Positions 51,231 to 64,000 of a stretch of 64,000 nt of DNA are shown piece after piece. Positions within the stretch are counted from its first letter, which is position 1. Each line of letters opens with the position of its first letter. The DNA comes from Eledone cirrhosa (Eukaryota). Made by a program: the position numbers and the translations under genes. The DNA lies in contig OZ024740.1 of the NCBI GenBank assembly GCA_964016885.1, forward strand, positions 435,736,001 through 435,800,000. The letters run 5' to 3'. A model generated the notes under the pieces. It saw nothing but the letters and a program-made list of their open reading frames with translations. It was not told the origin of the DNA and did no database searches.

Positions 51231-54200
51231 TGTAGTAGTTGTTATATTGTGGTGGTGGTGGTTGTAGTAGTGGTTATATTGTGGTGGTGGTGGTGGTTGT
51301 AGTAGTGGTTATATTGTGGTGGTGGTGGTGGTTGTAGTAGTGGTTATATTGTGGTGGTGGTGGTGGTTGTAGTAGTGGTTATATTGTGGTGGTGGTGGTT
51401 GTAGTAGTGGTTATATTGTGGTGGTGGTTGTAGTAGTGGTTATATTGTGGTGGTGGTGGTTGTAGTAGTGGTTATATTGTGGTGGTGGTGGTGGTTGTAG
51501 TAGTGGTTATATTGTGGTGGTGGTGGTTGTAGTAGTGGTTATATTGTGGTGGTAGTGGTTATATTGTGGTGGTGGTGGTGGTGGTGGTTGTAGTAGTGGT
51601 TATATTGTGGTGGTGGTGGTGGTGGTAGTGGTTATATTGTGGTGGTGGTGGTGGTGGTGGTTGTAGTAGTGGTTATATTGTGGTGGTGGTGGTTGTAGTA
51701 GTTGTTATATTGTGGTGGTGGTGGTGGTGGTGGTTGTAGTAGTGGTTATATTGTGGTGGTGGTGGTTGTAGTAGTGGTTATATTGTGGTGGTGGTGGTGG
51801 TTGTAGTAGTGGTTATATTGTGGTGGTGGTGGTGGTTGTAGAAGTGGTTATATTGTGGTGGTGGTGGTGGTTGTAGTAGTGGTTATATTGTGGTGGTGGT
51901 GGTTGTAGTAGTGGTTATATTGTGGTGGTGGTGGTGGTGGTGGTTGTAGTAGTTGTTATATTGTGGTGGTTGTAGTAGTGGTTATATTGTGGTGGTGGTG
52001 GTGGTGGTGGTTGTAGTAGTGGTTATATTGTGGTGGTGGTGGTGGTTGTAGTAGTGGTTATATTGTTGTGGTGGTGGTGGTGGTTGTAGTAGTTGTTATA
52101 TTGTGGAGGTGGTGGTTGTAGTAGTGGTTATATTGTTGTGGTGGTGGTGGTGGTGGTGGTGGTTGTAGTAGTGGTTATATTGTGGTGGTGGTGGTGGTGG
52201 TTGTAGTAGTGGTTATATTGTGGTGGTGGTGGTGGTGGTGGTTGTAGTAGTTGTTATATTGTGGTGGTGGTGGTTGTAGTAGTGGTTATATTGTTGTGGT
52301 GGTGGTGGTTGTAGTAGTGGTTATATTGGGTAGTGGTGGTGGTGGTTGTAGTAGTGGTTATATTGTGGTGGTGGTTGTAGTAGTGGTTATATTGTGGTGG
52401 TGGTTGTAGTAGTGGTTATATTGTGGTGGTGGTTGTAGTAGTGGTTATATTGTGGTGGTGGTGGTTGTTGTAGTGGTTATATTGTTGTGGTGGTGGTGGT
52501 TGTAGTAGTGGTTATATTGTGGTGGTGGTGGTTGTAGTAGTGGTTATATTGTGGTGGTGGTGGTTGTAGTAGTGGTTATATTGTGGTGGTGGTGGTTGTA
52601 GTAGTGGTTATATGGTGGTGGTAGTGGTTGTAGTAGTGGTTATATTGTGGTGGTGGTGGTTGTAGTAGTTATATTGTGGTGGTGGTGGTTGTAGTAGTTG
52701 TTATATTGTGGTGGTGGTGGTGGTTGTAGTAGTGGTTATATTGTTGTGGTGGTGGTGGTTGTAGTAGTGGTTATATTGTGGTGGTTGTAGTAGTGGTTAT
52801 ATTGTGGTGGTGGTTGTAGTAGTGGTTATATTGTGGTGGTGGTGGTTGTAGTAGTGGTTATATTGTTGTGGTGGTGGTGGTTGTAGTAGTGGTTATATTG
52901 TGGTGGTGGTGGTTGTAGTAGTGGTTATATTGTTGTGGTGGTGGTGGTTGTAGTAGTGGTTATATTGTGGTGGTGGTGGTGGTTGTAGTAGTGGTTATAT
53001 TGTGGTGGTGGTGGTGGTGGTTGTAGTAGTGGTTATATTGTGGCAGTGGTTGTAGTAGTGGTTATATTGTGGTGGTGGTGGTGGTTGTAGTAGTGGTTAT
53101 ATTGTGGTGGTGGTGGTGGTGGTGGTTGTAGTGGTTATATTGTTGTGGTGGTGGTGGTTGTAGTAGTGGTTATATTGTGGTGGTGGTGGTTGTAGTAGTG
53201 GTTATATTGTGGTGGTGGTGGTGGTGGTTGTAGTAGTTGTTATATTGTGGAGGTGGTGGTTGTAGTAGTGGTTATATTGTTGTGGTGGTGGTGGTGGTTG
53301 TAGTAGTGGTTATATTGTGGTGGTGGTGGTGGTGGTGGTTGTAGTAGTGGTTATATTGTGGAGGTGGTGGTTGTAGTAGTGGTTATATTGTTGTGGTGGT
53401 GGTTGTAGTAGTGGTTATATTGTGGTGGTGGTGGTGGTGGTTGTAGTAGTGGTTATATTGTGGTGGTGGTGGTTGTTGTAGTGGTTATATTGTTGTGGTG
53501 GTGGTGGTTGTAGTAGTGGTTATATTGTGGTGGTGGTGGTTGTAGTAGTGGTTATATTGTGGTGGTGGTGGTTGTAGTAGTGGTTATATTGTGGTGGTGG
53601 TGGTGGTTGTAGTAGTGGTTATATTGTGGTGGTGGTGGTTGTAGTAGTGGTTATATTGTGGTGGTGGTGGTTGTAGTAGTGGTTATATGGTGGTGGTGGT
53701 GGTTGTAGTAGTGGTTATATTGTGGTGGTGGTGGTTGTAGTAGTTGTTATATTGTGGTGGTGGTGGTTGTAGTAGTTGTTATATTGTGGTGGTGGTGGTG
53801 GTTGTAGTAGTGGTTATATTGTTGTGGTGGTGGTGGTTGTAGTAGTGGTTATATTGTGGTGGTGGTGGTGGTGGTTGTAGTAGTGGTTATATTGTTGTGG
53901 TGGTGGTGGTTGTAGTAGTGGTTATATTGTGGTGGTGGTGGTTGTAGTAGTGGTTATATTGTTGTGGTGGTGGTGGTTGTAGTAGTGGTTATATTGTGGC
54001 GGTGGTTGTAGTAGTGGTTATATTGTGGTTGTGGTGGTGGTTGTAGTAGTGGTTATATTGTGGTGGTGGTGGTGGTTGTAGTAGTGGTTATATGGTGGTG
54101 GTGGTTGTAGTAGTGGTTATATTGTGGTGGTGGTGGTGGTGGTGGTTGTAGTAGTGGTTATATTGTTGTGGTGGTGGTGGTTGTAGTAGTGGTTATATTG

Positions 54201-55290
54201 TGGTGGTGGTGGTTGTAGTAGTGGTTATATTGTGGTGGTGGTGGTTGTAGTAGTTGTTATATTGTTGTGGTGGTGGTTGTAGTAGTGGTTATATTGTTGT
54301 TGTGGTGGTGGTTGTAGTAGTGGCTCTATTGTTGTGGTGGTTGTGGTTGTAGTAGTGGCTCTATTGTTGTGGTGGTGGTGGTTGTAGTAGTGGCTCTATT
54401 GTTGTGGTGGTGGTGGTTGTAGTAGTGGCTCTATTGTTGTGGTGGTGGTGGTTGTAGTAGTGGCTCTATTGTCGTGGTGGTGGTGGTTGTAGTTGTAGTA
54501 GTGGCTCTATTGTTGTGGTGGTGGTGGTTGTAGTTGTGGTTATATTGTTGTGGTGGTTGTGGTTGTAGTAGTGGCTCTATTGTTGTGGTGGTGGTGGTTG
54601 TAGTTGTGGTTATATTGTTGTGGTGGTTGTGGTTGTGGTTGTAGTAGTGGCTCTATTGTTGTGGTGGTGGTGGTTGTAGTTGTAGTAGTGGCTCTATTGT
54701 TGTGGTGGTGGTGGTTGTAGTTGTAGTAGTGGCTCTATTGTTGTGGTGGTGGTGGTTGTAGTTGTAGTAGTGGCTCTATTGTTGTGGTGGTGGTGGTTGT
54801 AGTTGTAGTAATGGCTCTATTGTTGTGGTGGTGGTGGTTGTAGTTGTAGTAGTGGCTCTATTGTTGTGGTGGTGGTGGTTGTAGTTGTAGTAATGGCTCT
54901 ATTGTTGTGGTGGTGGTGGTTGTAGTTGTAGTAGTGGCTCTATTGTTGTGGTGGTGGTGGTTGTAGTTGTGGTTATATTGTTGTGGTGGTGGTGGTTGTG
55001 GTTGTAGTAGTGGCTCTATTGTTGTGGTGGTGGTGGTTGTAGTTGTGGTTATATTGTTGTGGTGGTGGTGGTTGTGGTTGTAGTAGTGGCTCTATTGTTG
55101 TGGTGGTGGTGGTTGTAGTTGTGGTTATATTGTTGTGGTGGTTGTGGTTGTGGTTGTAGTAGTGGCTCTATTGTTGTGGTGGTGGTGGTTGTAGTTGTGG
55201 TTATATTGTTGTGGTGGTGGTGGTTGTGGTTGTAGTAGTGGCTCTATTGTTGTGGTGGTTGTAGTAGTGGTTATATTGTTGTTGTGGTGG
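51231..55290. repeat. Variable-length satellite TGTAGTAGTGGTTATATTGT(GGT)n, shifting to a GGCTCTATT variant after ~54320
   Basis: Direct reading. Confidence 0.95.
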
Positions 55291-55619
55291 TGGTGGGGGC
55301 ATGTATTGCTGGTGGTGGTGGTGAGCAGGCTGGTTGTTTATAAAAGTAGTAAGGGAAAATTTTAATCATAGTGGTGGTGGTGTGGTTGTAGTAGTAGTGG
55401 TGGTAGTAGTGGTGGTGGTGGTGGTGGTACTAGTAGTGGTGGTAGTAGTGGTGGTGGTGGTGGTAACTGCACCAATTCAATCATGACATACTGAAGGTAG
55501 GAGGAGTTACCACAGCAACATGTGCAGATGACTCAGTCTTACATAAGCAGTCTTTGTAAATTGAAATATATTTCAGGAATGAAGCTATTTATGTGGCTGC
55601 ATGTATCTAACTATATATA

Positions 55620-55745
55620 TCATCATCATCATCATCGTTTAACGTCCATCTTCCACGCTGGCATGGGTTAGATGGGAGTTGTCCCTATTTGAGGCAAGGT
55701 TGGTTGGGTGACTGTGTCTCGCTCATACAGGACTATCTGGCAAAG
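55620..55745 (-). mobile_element. RTE-type tail fragment
   Basis: (cat)n-cgtttaacgtcc..gcatgggttag, similar to 33866-33985. Confidence 0.7.
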
Positions 55746-56329
55746 TGTGGGCGTGGGGTGTTACTAGAGTGTGAGTGAGAGGGAGGAAAGATAGGACTCT
55801 GATACTATCAGGAAAGGAGCCCTACTTGGTAACACAACAAAAGAGTGCCCAGTCAACCCTTAAAGTGGTTGTCTTGATGACATGACAAAAAACACCTATC
55901 CCACACTGAAAGGGGTCGTGTTGGTGGCTCGTTTCTGTAAGTTAATTTTAAATTTCATTTTTAATATTAATGTAACACACAAGACATGGTTACCTGGCCT
56001 TGACTCCATAACATAATAATTCTTCTAACACTCGAGAGCATAGAACATGGTCGTTAAATGATGATTTGAGTCATTATTGTGAACTTTTTGACTGACAGAT
56101 TGAGAGCTGGTGTTGATACTTTCTGTATATCACTACATTATCTCTATAAACATCTTGTTACAACCCTTTATTGTTTTGTTGAGGAGGCATCACATGTCTG
56201 TTTTTATTTCTCATAGAAACTTGATTATATATGTTAAATATGTAACTTGATTTTATTTTTAAGTGTTTTTTATTTATTTATTTTAGCTGTACTTATAAAT
56301 GAAATGGTTGCGTTGGTGTTATGACTAAA

Positions 56330-56555
56330 AACGCCCAGTCAACACTCTAAAGTGGTTGTTTTGGTGGCACAATAAAAAGCGCACAGTAAACACTGTAAAT
56401 GGGGTTGGCATTATGAAGGGCATCCAGTCATAGAAACCAAGCCAGAAACAGTTCTGTATGAGCATGTCTGATCTGGTTTGTCTGACAATAGGACAACTCG
56501 TCTAACCCATGTTAGCATGGAAAAATAGACGTTAAACAATGATGATGATGATGAT
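56330..56555 (+). mobile_element. RTE-type bipartite tail or SINE fragment
   Basis: gttggcattatgaagggcatccag..aacccatgttagcatgg..gacgttaaac(gat)n. Confidence 0.7.
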
Positions 56556-57007
56556 ATATATACTAATAGGTTGGCAACATCACAATACGATGTGGTGCTT
56601 CTCACATAGTCCTGCAACATCGTACCATATACCATCCTACTGAATGAGGATTATTCCAGTGGCAGAATATTTCTCTATGGAATCAATGGTGTAGTGGCAA
56701 TATTGAACTAATTCTTAGTGTTATCAACAAAGATCAATATAATCAGTGACCAATTGATCATCAGATCATCCAATAAAGATATCAAAATATTGATATATCC
56801 CACAAATTATGGTCATCAACAGAAATTACTACAGCTTACATTAAACAATCAATAATTGGGTTGGACAAAAAAGACATAAAATAATATTGATATCAACCCA
56901 AACCAGCGCTAGTTTCACCAAAAACTGGACTTTAGTAACACATAAGTGTATATTCCAATAGTTAGTTGCATCAACCCAGAACTGACATCAATTTATGTAT
57001 ATGTGTG

Positions 57008-57270
57008 TGGAGGCATGTGGCCTAGTGGTAAGGGTGTTGGACTTACAATTATAATGTTGTGGGTTCAATTCCTGGGCTGTGTGTTGTGTTCTTGAACAAA
57101 ACACTTCATTTCACATTGCTCCAGTATACTCAACTGAAAATGAATACCAGCAATAGCTGGGGGTTTAACCTTGCGATGGACTGGCGTCCTGTCCAGGGGG
57201 AAGTCTTGTACTCTGTCGCTTCACACCATGAAACCGAGATAAACACCAGCCAAATGAGTCTGCTGGCTTA
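57008..57270 (+). mobile_element. tRNA-derived CORE-like SINE
   Basis: ggcatgtggcctagtggtaagg..gggttcaattcc..gtgttcttgaacaaaacactt. Confidence 0.72.
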
Positions 57271-58162
57271 AGACAGACTTTAGACTTTTAGATAGAGCAG
57301 CTGTCAATGACAGCAAAAACTCAGTGGATTTAGCCATTTTAAACCCAATGAGGAGGGGGGCGGTACATCCCTCTCCAGGTGATTTCTTCCAGAAATAAGA
57401 GAATAAATTACAAAGGAAGAATCTACCCAAGTTCTGAATTTTATTAATCAACCTTGGAAGGATGGAAGGAAAGATTTACCTTGACCAGTATTGAACTTAG
57501 ATCTCAGTGGACAGGACCAAATACTGAAGTATTTTTAATCTGATCACCTTAACATCTCTACCATTGCTTTATATTGACCTCACCTCTTGTAAATATCTTT
57601 CCTTCTTCTCCTAATTCTTTCTAAAGCTGATTTCAAAAGTTAAGTTAGTCTGTTCTAAGCCAAAGGCTCATCGGGCTGGTGCTTATCCCCAGTTTCCTTG
57701 GTGTTAAGAGACTGAGAGTACAACACTCTCCCTGGATAGGACACCAGTCTATCACAGGTTTAACTCGCTAGCTATTGCTGGTAATCATTCTCAACTAACA
57801 TGAAATAAAATATTTTGCTCAACAACACAACCCAGCACCCTGTCCAGGAATTGAACCAACAACATTACAATCCTACGTCAACCACCCTAACCATTAAACC
57901 ATACAATTTCGAAACCTTTACCTAAATCGTTTAGTTTATCATTTAATTATTCTCGTTAAAGCCATTGCTAAGGTGTCTGGAATCTTATTAGCCATGTCAC
58001 AACTATTTATTTGAAATTAGAAGAAAAGAAAAATCACAAAACAAAATAAATGACCTTTTAAATAATAGAAATCTGTGAGATTATCTAATGTTTCATGGAT
58101 TAATAATATTGCAGATTAACTTTTATTAATAGAACATTACAATTTAACCCGGGTTTTATGGA

Positions 58163-59620
58163 AGTTGGTGGTGTGTGGTGGTGTGGTGGTGGTGTGGTGG
58201 TGTTATGTGGTGGTGTGGTGGTGGTGGTGTGTGGTGGTGTGTGGTGGTGTGGTGGTGGTGTGAGGTGGTGGTGTGTGGTGGTGTGTGGTGGTGTGTGGTG
58301 TGGTGGTGGTGTGTGGTGGTGTGGTGGTGGTGTGTGGTGGTGTGGTGGTGGTGTGGTGGTGGTGTGGTGGTGTGGTGGTGGTGTGGTGTGGTGGTGGTGT
58401 GGTGGTGGTGTGGTGGTGGTGTGGTGGTGTTATGTGGTGGTGTGGTGGTGTGGTGGTGTGGTGGTGTGTGGTGGTGGTGGTGTGTGGTGTGAGGTGGTGG
58501 TGGTGTGGTGTGGTGGTGTGAGGTGGTGGTGGTGTGGTGGTGGTGGTGTGGTGGTGTTATGTGGTGGTGGTGGTGTGTGGTGGTGTGGTGTGGTGGTGTG
58601 TGGCGGTGTGGTGGTGGTGTGGTGTGGTGGTGTGTGGTGGTGTGGTGTGGTGGTGTGAGGTGGTGTGGTGGTGGTGTGTAGTGGTGTGGTGTGGTGGTGT
58701 GTGGTGGTGTGGTGTGGTGTGGTGGTGGTGTGTGGTGGTGTGTGGTGGTGTGTGGTGGTGGTGTGAGGTGGTGGTGGTGGTGTGTGGTGGTGTGTGGTGG
58801 TGGTGTGTGGTGGTGTGTGGTGGTGTGTGGTGGTGTGTAGTGGTGTGGTGTGGTGGTGTGTGAGGTGGTGGTGGTGGTGTGTGGTGGTGTGGTGGTGTGT
58901 GGTGGTGTGGTGGTGGTGTGAGGTGGTGGTGGTGTGGTGGTGGTGTGAGGTGGTGGTGGTGTGGTGTGGTGGTGTGGTGGTGTGGTGAGGTGGTGGTGGT
59001 GTGTGGTGGTGGTGGTGGTGGTGTGGTGGTGGTGTGAGGTGGTGGTGTGTGGTGGTGTGGTGGTGGTGTGGTGTGGTGGTGTGAGGTGGTGGTGGTGTGA
59101 GGTGGTGTTATGTGGTGGTGGTGGTGTGGTGTGGTGGTGTGGTGGTGTGTGGTGGTGTGGTGTGGTGGTGTGAGGTGGTGGTGGTGTGGTGGTGTGGTGG
59201 TGGTGTGTGGTAGTGTGGTGGTGAGGTGGTGGTGGTGTTGTGTGGTGGTGTGGTGGTGTGGTGGTGTGTGGTGTGGTGGTGTGGTGGTGTGAGGTAGTGT
59301 TGTGTGTGGTGTGAGGTGGTGGTGGTGGTGTGAGGTGGTGGTGGTGTGTGGTAGTGTGGTGGTGGTGGTGGTGTGAGGTGGTGTTGTGTGGTGGTGGTGG
59401 TGTGAGGTGGTGTTGTGTGGTGGTGGTGGTGTGTGGTGATGGTGGTGTGGTGGTGTGGTGGTGGTGGTGGGTGGTGGTGGTGGTGGTGGTGTTGTGTGGT
59501 GGTGTTGTGAGGTGGTGTGTGGTGGTGGTGTTGTGAGGTGGTGTGGTGGTGGTGTTGTGTGGTGGTGGTGGTATTATGTGGTGGGTGGTGATGTGTGGTA
59601 GGTGGTGGTGGTGGTGGTGT
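58163..59620. repeat. Degenerate (GTG)n/(GTGTG)n low-complexity tract
   Basis: Direct reading. Confidence 0.95.
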
Positions 59621-59664
59621 AGCACACACGCAACGCCCCCACACATACACACCAACACAAACTC

Positions 59665-60325
59665 CCTACCTGTCACCCTAATGTCCCCCTACCTGTCCTG
59701 TCACCCTACCTGTCACCCTAATGTCCCCCTACCTGTCACCCTACCTGTCACCCTAATGTCCCCCTACCTGTCACCCTAATGTCCCCCTACCTGTCACCCT
59801 ACCTGTCACCCTAATGTCCCCCTACCTGTCACCCTAATGTTCCCCTACCTGTCACCCTAATGTCCCCCTACCTGTCACCCTAATGTTCCCCTACCTGTCA
59901 CTCTAATGTCCCCCTACCTGTCACCCTAATGTCCCCCTACCTGTCACCCTAATGTCCCCCTACCTGTCACCCTAATGTCCCCCTACCTGTCACCCTAATG
60001 TCCCCCTACCTGTCACCCTAATGTCCCCCTACCTGTCACCTTAATGTCCCCCTACCTGTTACCCTAATGTCTCCCTACCTGTCACCTTAATGTCCCCCTA
60101 CCTGTCACCCTAATGTCCCCCTACCTGTCACCCTAATGTCCCCCTACCTGTCACCCTAATGTCCCCCTACCTGTCACCCTAATGTCCCCCTACCTGTCAC
60201 CTTAATGTCCCCCTACCTGTTACCCTAATGTCCCCCTACCTGTCACCCTAATGTCCCCCTACCTGTCACCCTAATGTCCCCCTACCTGTCACCCTAATGT
60301 CCCCCTACCTGTCACCCTAATGTCT
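59665..60325. repeat. 23-bp minisatellite CTGTCACCCTAATGTCCCCCTAC, ~28 copies
   Basis: Direct reading. Most units contain one CCCTAA. Confidence 0.95.
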
Positions 60326-60399
60326 CCAGACTTGTCACCCTTATAACAAGTCAATGACATTATTGCTCTTTTCCTTCTTTTCCTCCTTCTTCAAAAAGC

Positions 60400-61850
60400 A
60401 CCCAGTCCACTCTGTAAGGTGGTTGTGCTGGTGACATGATAAAATGCTACCAGTCCACTCTGTAAGGTGGTTGTGCTGGTGACATGATAAAATGCTAACA
60501 GTCCACTCTGTAAGGTGGTTGTGCTGGTGACATGATAAAATGCTACCAGTCCACGCTGTAAGGTGGTTGTGCTGGTGACATGATAAAATGCTACCAGTCC
60601 ACTCTGTAAGGTGGTTGTGCTGGTGACATGATAAAATGCTACCAGTCCACTCTGTAAGGTGGTTGTGCTGGTGACATGATAAAATGCTACCAGTCCACGC
60701 TGTAAGGTGGTTGTGCTGGTGACATGATAAAATGCTACCAGTCCACGCTGTAAGGTGGTTGTGCTGGTGACATGATAAAATGCTACCAGTCCACTCTGTA
60801 AGGTGGTTGTGCTGGTGACATGATAAAATGCTACCAGTCCACTCTGTAAGGTGGTTGTGCTGGTGACATGATAAAATGCTACCAGTCCACTCTGTAAGGT
60901 GGTTGTGCTGGTGACATGATAAAATGCTACCAGTCCACTCTGTAAGGTGGTTGTGCTGGTGACATGATAAAATGCTACCAGTCCACTCTGTAAGGTGGTT
61001 GTGCTGGTGACATGATAAAATGCTACCAGTCCACGCTGTAAGGTGGTTGTGCTGGTGACATGATAAAATGCTACCAGTCCACGCTGTAAGGTGGTTGTGC
61101 TGGTGACATGATAAAATGCTACCAGTCCACGCTGTAAGGTGGTTGTGCTGGTGACATGATAAAATGCTACCAGTCCACGCTGTAAGGTGGTTGTGCTGGT
61201 GACATGACAAAATGCTACCAGTCCACTCTGTAAGGTGGTTGTGCTGGTGACATGATAAAATGCTACCAGTCCACTCTGTAAAGTGGTTGTGCTGGTGACA
61301 TGATAAAATGCTACCAGTCCACTCTGTAAGGTGGTTGTACTGGTGACATGATAAAATGCTACCAGTCCACGCTGTAAGGTGGTTGTGCTGGTGACATGAT
61401 AAAATGCTACCAGTCCACGCTGTAAGGTGGTTGTGCTGGTGACATGATAAAATGCTACCAGTCCACTCTGTAAGGTGGTTGTGCTGGTGATATGATAAAA
61501 TGCTATCAGTCCATGCTGTAAGGTGGTTGTGCTGGTGACATGATAAAATGCTACCAGTCCACGCTGTAAGGTGGTTGTGCTGGTGACATGATAAAATGCT
61601 ACCAGTCCACGCTGTAAGGTGGTTGTGCTGGTGACATGATAAAATGCTACCAGTCCACTCTGTAAGGTGGTTATGCTGGTGACATGATAAAATGCTACCA
61701 GTCCACTCTGTAAAGTGGTTGTGCTGGTGACATGATAAAATGCTACCAGTCCACGCTGTAAGGTGGTTGTGCTGGTGACATGATAAAATGCTACCAGTCC
61801 ACGCTGTAAAGTGGTTGTGCTGGTGACATGATAAAATGCTACCAGTGCAC
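60400..61850. repeat. 48-bp minisatellite CCAGTCCAC(T/G)CTGTAAGGTGGTTGTGCTGGTGACATGATAAAATGCTA, ~30 copies
   Basis: Direct reading, with 16-aa periodicity in the ORF track. Confidence 0.95.
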
Positions 61851-62374
61851 ATTGTGAAGTAGTTGGCATTATGAAGAGCATCAACCATCGAAACCAAAAC
61901 AGAACATATGAGAAAGAAGTGGCCACTTGACCAGTGAATCCACAGAATTTGACAATTCTTTTAACCGATGCTATCTAGACATTAAATGGTGACTATGATG
62001 TGTCTATACTATTCATAAATGACCACTCAAGTGTGGATATCCTACTTACCTCTAGTACTTTCAATTTCCCCACATCTCCAACAAACAATAGTTATATTCA
62101 AGTAGTTTGACATAACAATAGTTGTATTAAAAAATAGTAGTTCTTTCTAATTGTTCATATATTTATCCATTTCCTTAAGTCTGTTTCAATTCTGATTGGT
62201 CAATTTTCCATAGTGTTTTACTTTAAAATCACTCAAGTTTTTCCAGTTAACCAGAGATGAGATGGTTTTCTAAATTCTATGATTTGTTTACAGAATATCA
62301 TTCTACCATTAGCTACTCAACCAGATGAGTTGGAGTGAAGAGTTACTCTCGTATTTAATTTGACTGACAGACTG

Positions 62375-62565
62375 TCGTGGTAGTTTGACAGACTGTTATG
62401 GTAGTTTGACAGGTAGATGTGGTAGTTTGACAGGTTGATGTGGTAGTTTGACAGGTAGATGTGGTAGTTTGACAGGTTGATGTGGTAGTTTGACAGGTAG
62501 ATGTGGTAGTTTGACAGGTTGATGTGGTAGTTTGACAGGTAGATGTGGTAGTTTGACAGGTTGAC
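62375..62565. repeat. 21-bp repeat GTAGTTTGACAGGT(A/T)GATGTG with strict A/T alternation (42-bp dimer)
   Basis: Direct reading. Confidence 0.9.
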
Positions 62566-63229
62566 ATAAACATTTTTAATTTAAGGAGCACTGAAAGGCT
62601 AACTAGATACAGTTATGAGGTGAAGAAAAAGTAATACAACTTATTCCAATTATTTTGGAGACAATTCTGGATATGTTTCTATATTATTCCAACCTCAACA
62701 GGGAAGCATAACCTCCATTGTATTTGGTAAAATAGGGATGAAAGAATCACAAGGTAAATGTCCAAGATTATACTCTGGTTAGCTCCACTACAGTGGCTGT
62801 AATGAAGTCCTTATCTGATCCTCATAGCATGAATACATATATGAAAAATCTTATATATCTTGGCAAAGTATCTGTTTATTGTTGAACCTTTAACCAAACC
62901 CTTAGTTCTCTAGTATAGTGGATATTACTACTACTAAATTCATCCACTTCATCATGGTGACATGATAAAACCTTTCTATGTCACACAATCGTGAGGTTGC
63001 TAGTTTGATTCCTGGACCGGGGTATGCGTTATGTCCTTGAGCAAGACACTTTATTTCACATTGCTCTGTCTGCCAGTAGTTGCAGCCTGTAGATATTATC
63101 AGCAATGGAAAGACCAATGGAAACGTTGTTTCCTTGGTCTGATTTGACGAGGTCCACCTCACTCAGTGAGGTCTGGGATCTTGTCAATCAACTTTCTTTC
63201 CTTCCTTAATTGTTCATAAAGGAAGTTAT

Positions 63230-63399
63230 AGTGTGAGATACTCTCATGGAATGACCAAATGAGGTTTATTTTTCAACATAGTCCCTGGAAAGAAACAATG
63301 TAATTATTAAGAAGAGTTGAAATTAATGTATGCAAGATTTCACAGCTCTAGCATCACTCTTTCATAGTCATCCTATGAACTTCTCAGCCGACCCTCGTA
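63230..63399 (-). mobile_element. Probable Tc1/mariner end fragment
   Basis: The minus strand starts TA-CGAGGGTCGGCTGAGAAGTTC, resembling mariner TIRs. No partner TIR was seen. Confidence 0.4.
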
Positions 63400-64000
63400 G
63401 ATGTATTTTGTCCAGAAATGGTTGAAAGCAGAGTAAAATTTGTTTTGTTAATCAGTAAACAGAAACAAAAGAAGACAAGAATTAGTATTGACTTAACATT
63501 TGTCTGGTCTGGAATTAGTCAACAGAATATTGCCAACTACTTTAGAATATAATTATTTAGTGAAACTGTCTTGAGACAAAAATATAAAGAGGTTTGGCAG
63601 GAGGGTGGCTTTGACAGAGAAGGAAAGGCAACATAAATGATGTTTGTTTTTAAGACCTCTCTGACTTGTGTGAGAAAGTTTCCCTCAGGTGAGAGAACTA
63701 GCCTGAATGTTTGCAGTAAAATACATTCCACTAAAGGTAGCCATGAGCCAGAAGTTTGTGTTGATATTAATTGGAAAAGATTCATTTCCTAACATATGCT
63801 ACACAATCATTATTATTGCTTCCGGCCCAGGTGTCTTATGCTGCTAAACTTGCATTGAAGGCTGACAGCCATGACTTGCAATAAAAGGTTTATTTACATT
63901 ACTCTCTATATATATACTATTGTATTTTTGTGGTGAATTCTCACACAATATCAAACCTATGAGATTTTGATATTTATTTTAAGAACAATACCTTAACAAC

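Noticed and set aside
56725-56770. Minus-strand CTGATGA followed by a small hairpin
   Set aside because: No GAAA, stem III or cleavage site follows.
58156-59676. His/Thr/Pro-rich 506-aa ORF
   Set aside because: Translation of (CAC)n low-complexity DNA.
60341-61926. 518-aa and 511-aa His/Thr-rich repeat ORFs
   Set aside because: Translation of the 48-bp minisatellite.
63537-63785. 82-aa ORF as a host exon
   Set aside because: No recognisable domain or clear splice context.

Overview
Repeat-dominated, AT-rich animal genomic DNA. The SINE, RTE and microsatellite repertoire looks like a coleoid cephalopod such as Octopus (inference). I found no supportable host protein-coding gene. The left ~37 kb is a nest of retroelements inserted into (TA)n/(TA)nCTGTC microsatellite. 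It holds two Penelope-like elements (PLEs; one is near-intact with a single in-frame stop and ~1.1 kb inverted terminal repeats), three RTE LINE families that all carry a PHD finger inside the RT region, and an L1/Tx1 fragment. It also holds about 15 hammerhead-ribozyme (HHR) motifs from roughly 10 unrelated sequence contexts, mostly in short non-coding modules. Two of these are fold-back 'half-hammerhead' palindromes. A decayed Helitron lies at ~39.6-43.2 kb. The right part (44-62.6 kb) is mostly tandem arrays, including a 4.85 kb 23-bp minisatellite with four interspersed triplet variants that arose inside a SINE, and a 48-bp array that arose inside an RTE-derived module. All structures were read by eye, so boundaries are approximate and ribozyme activity is untested.
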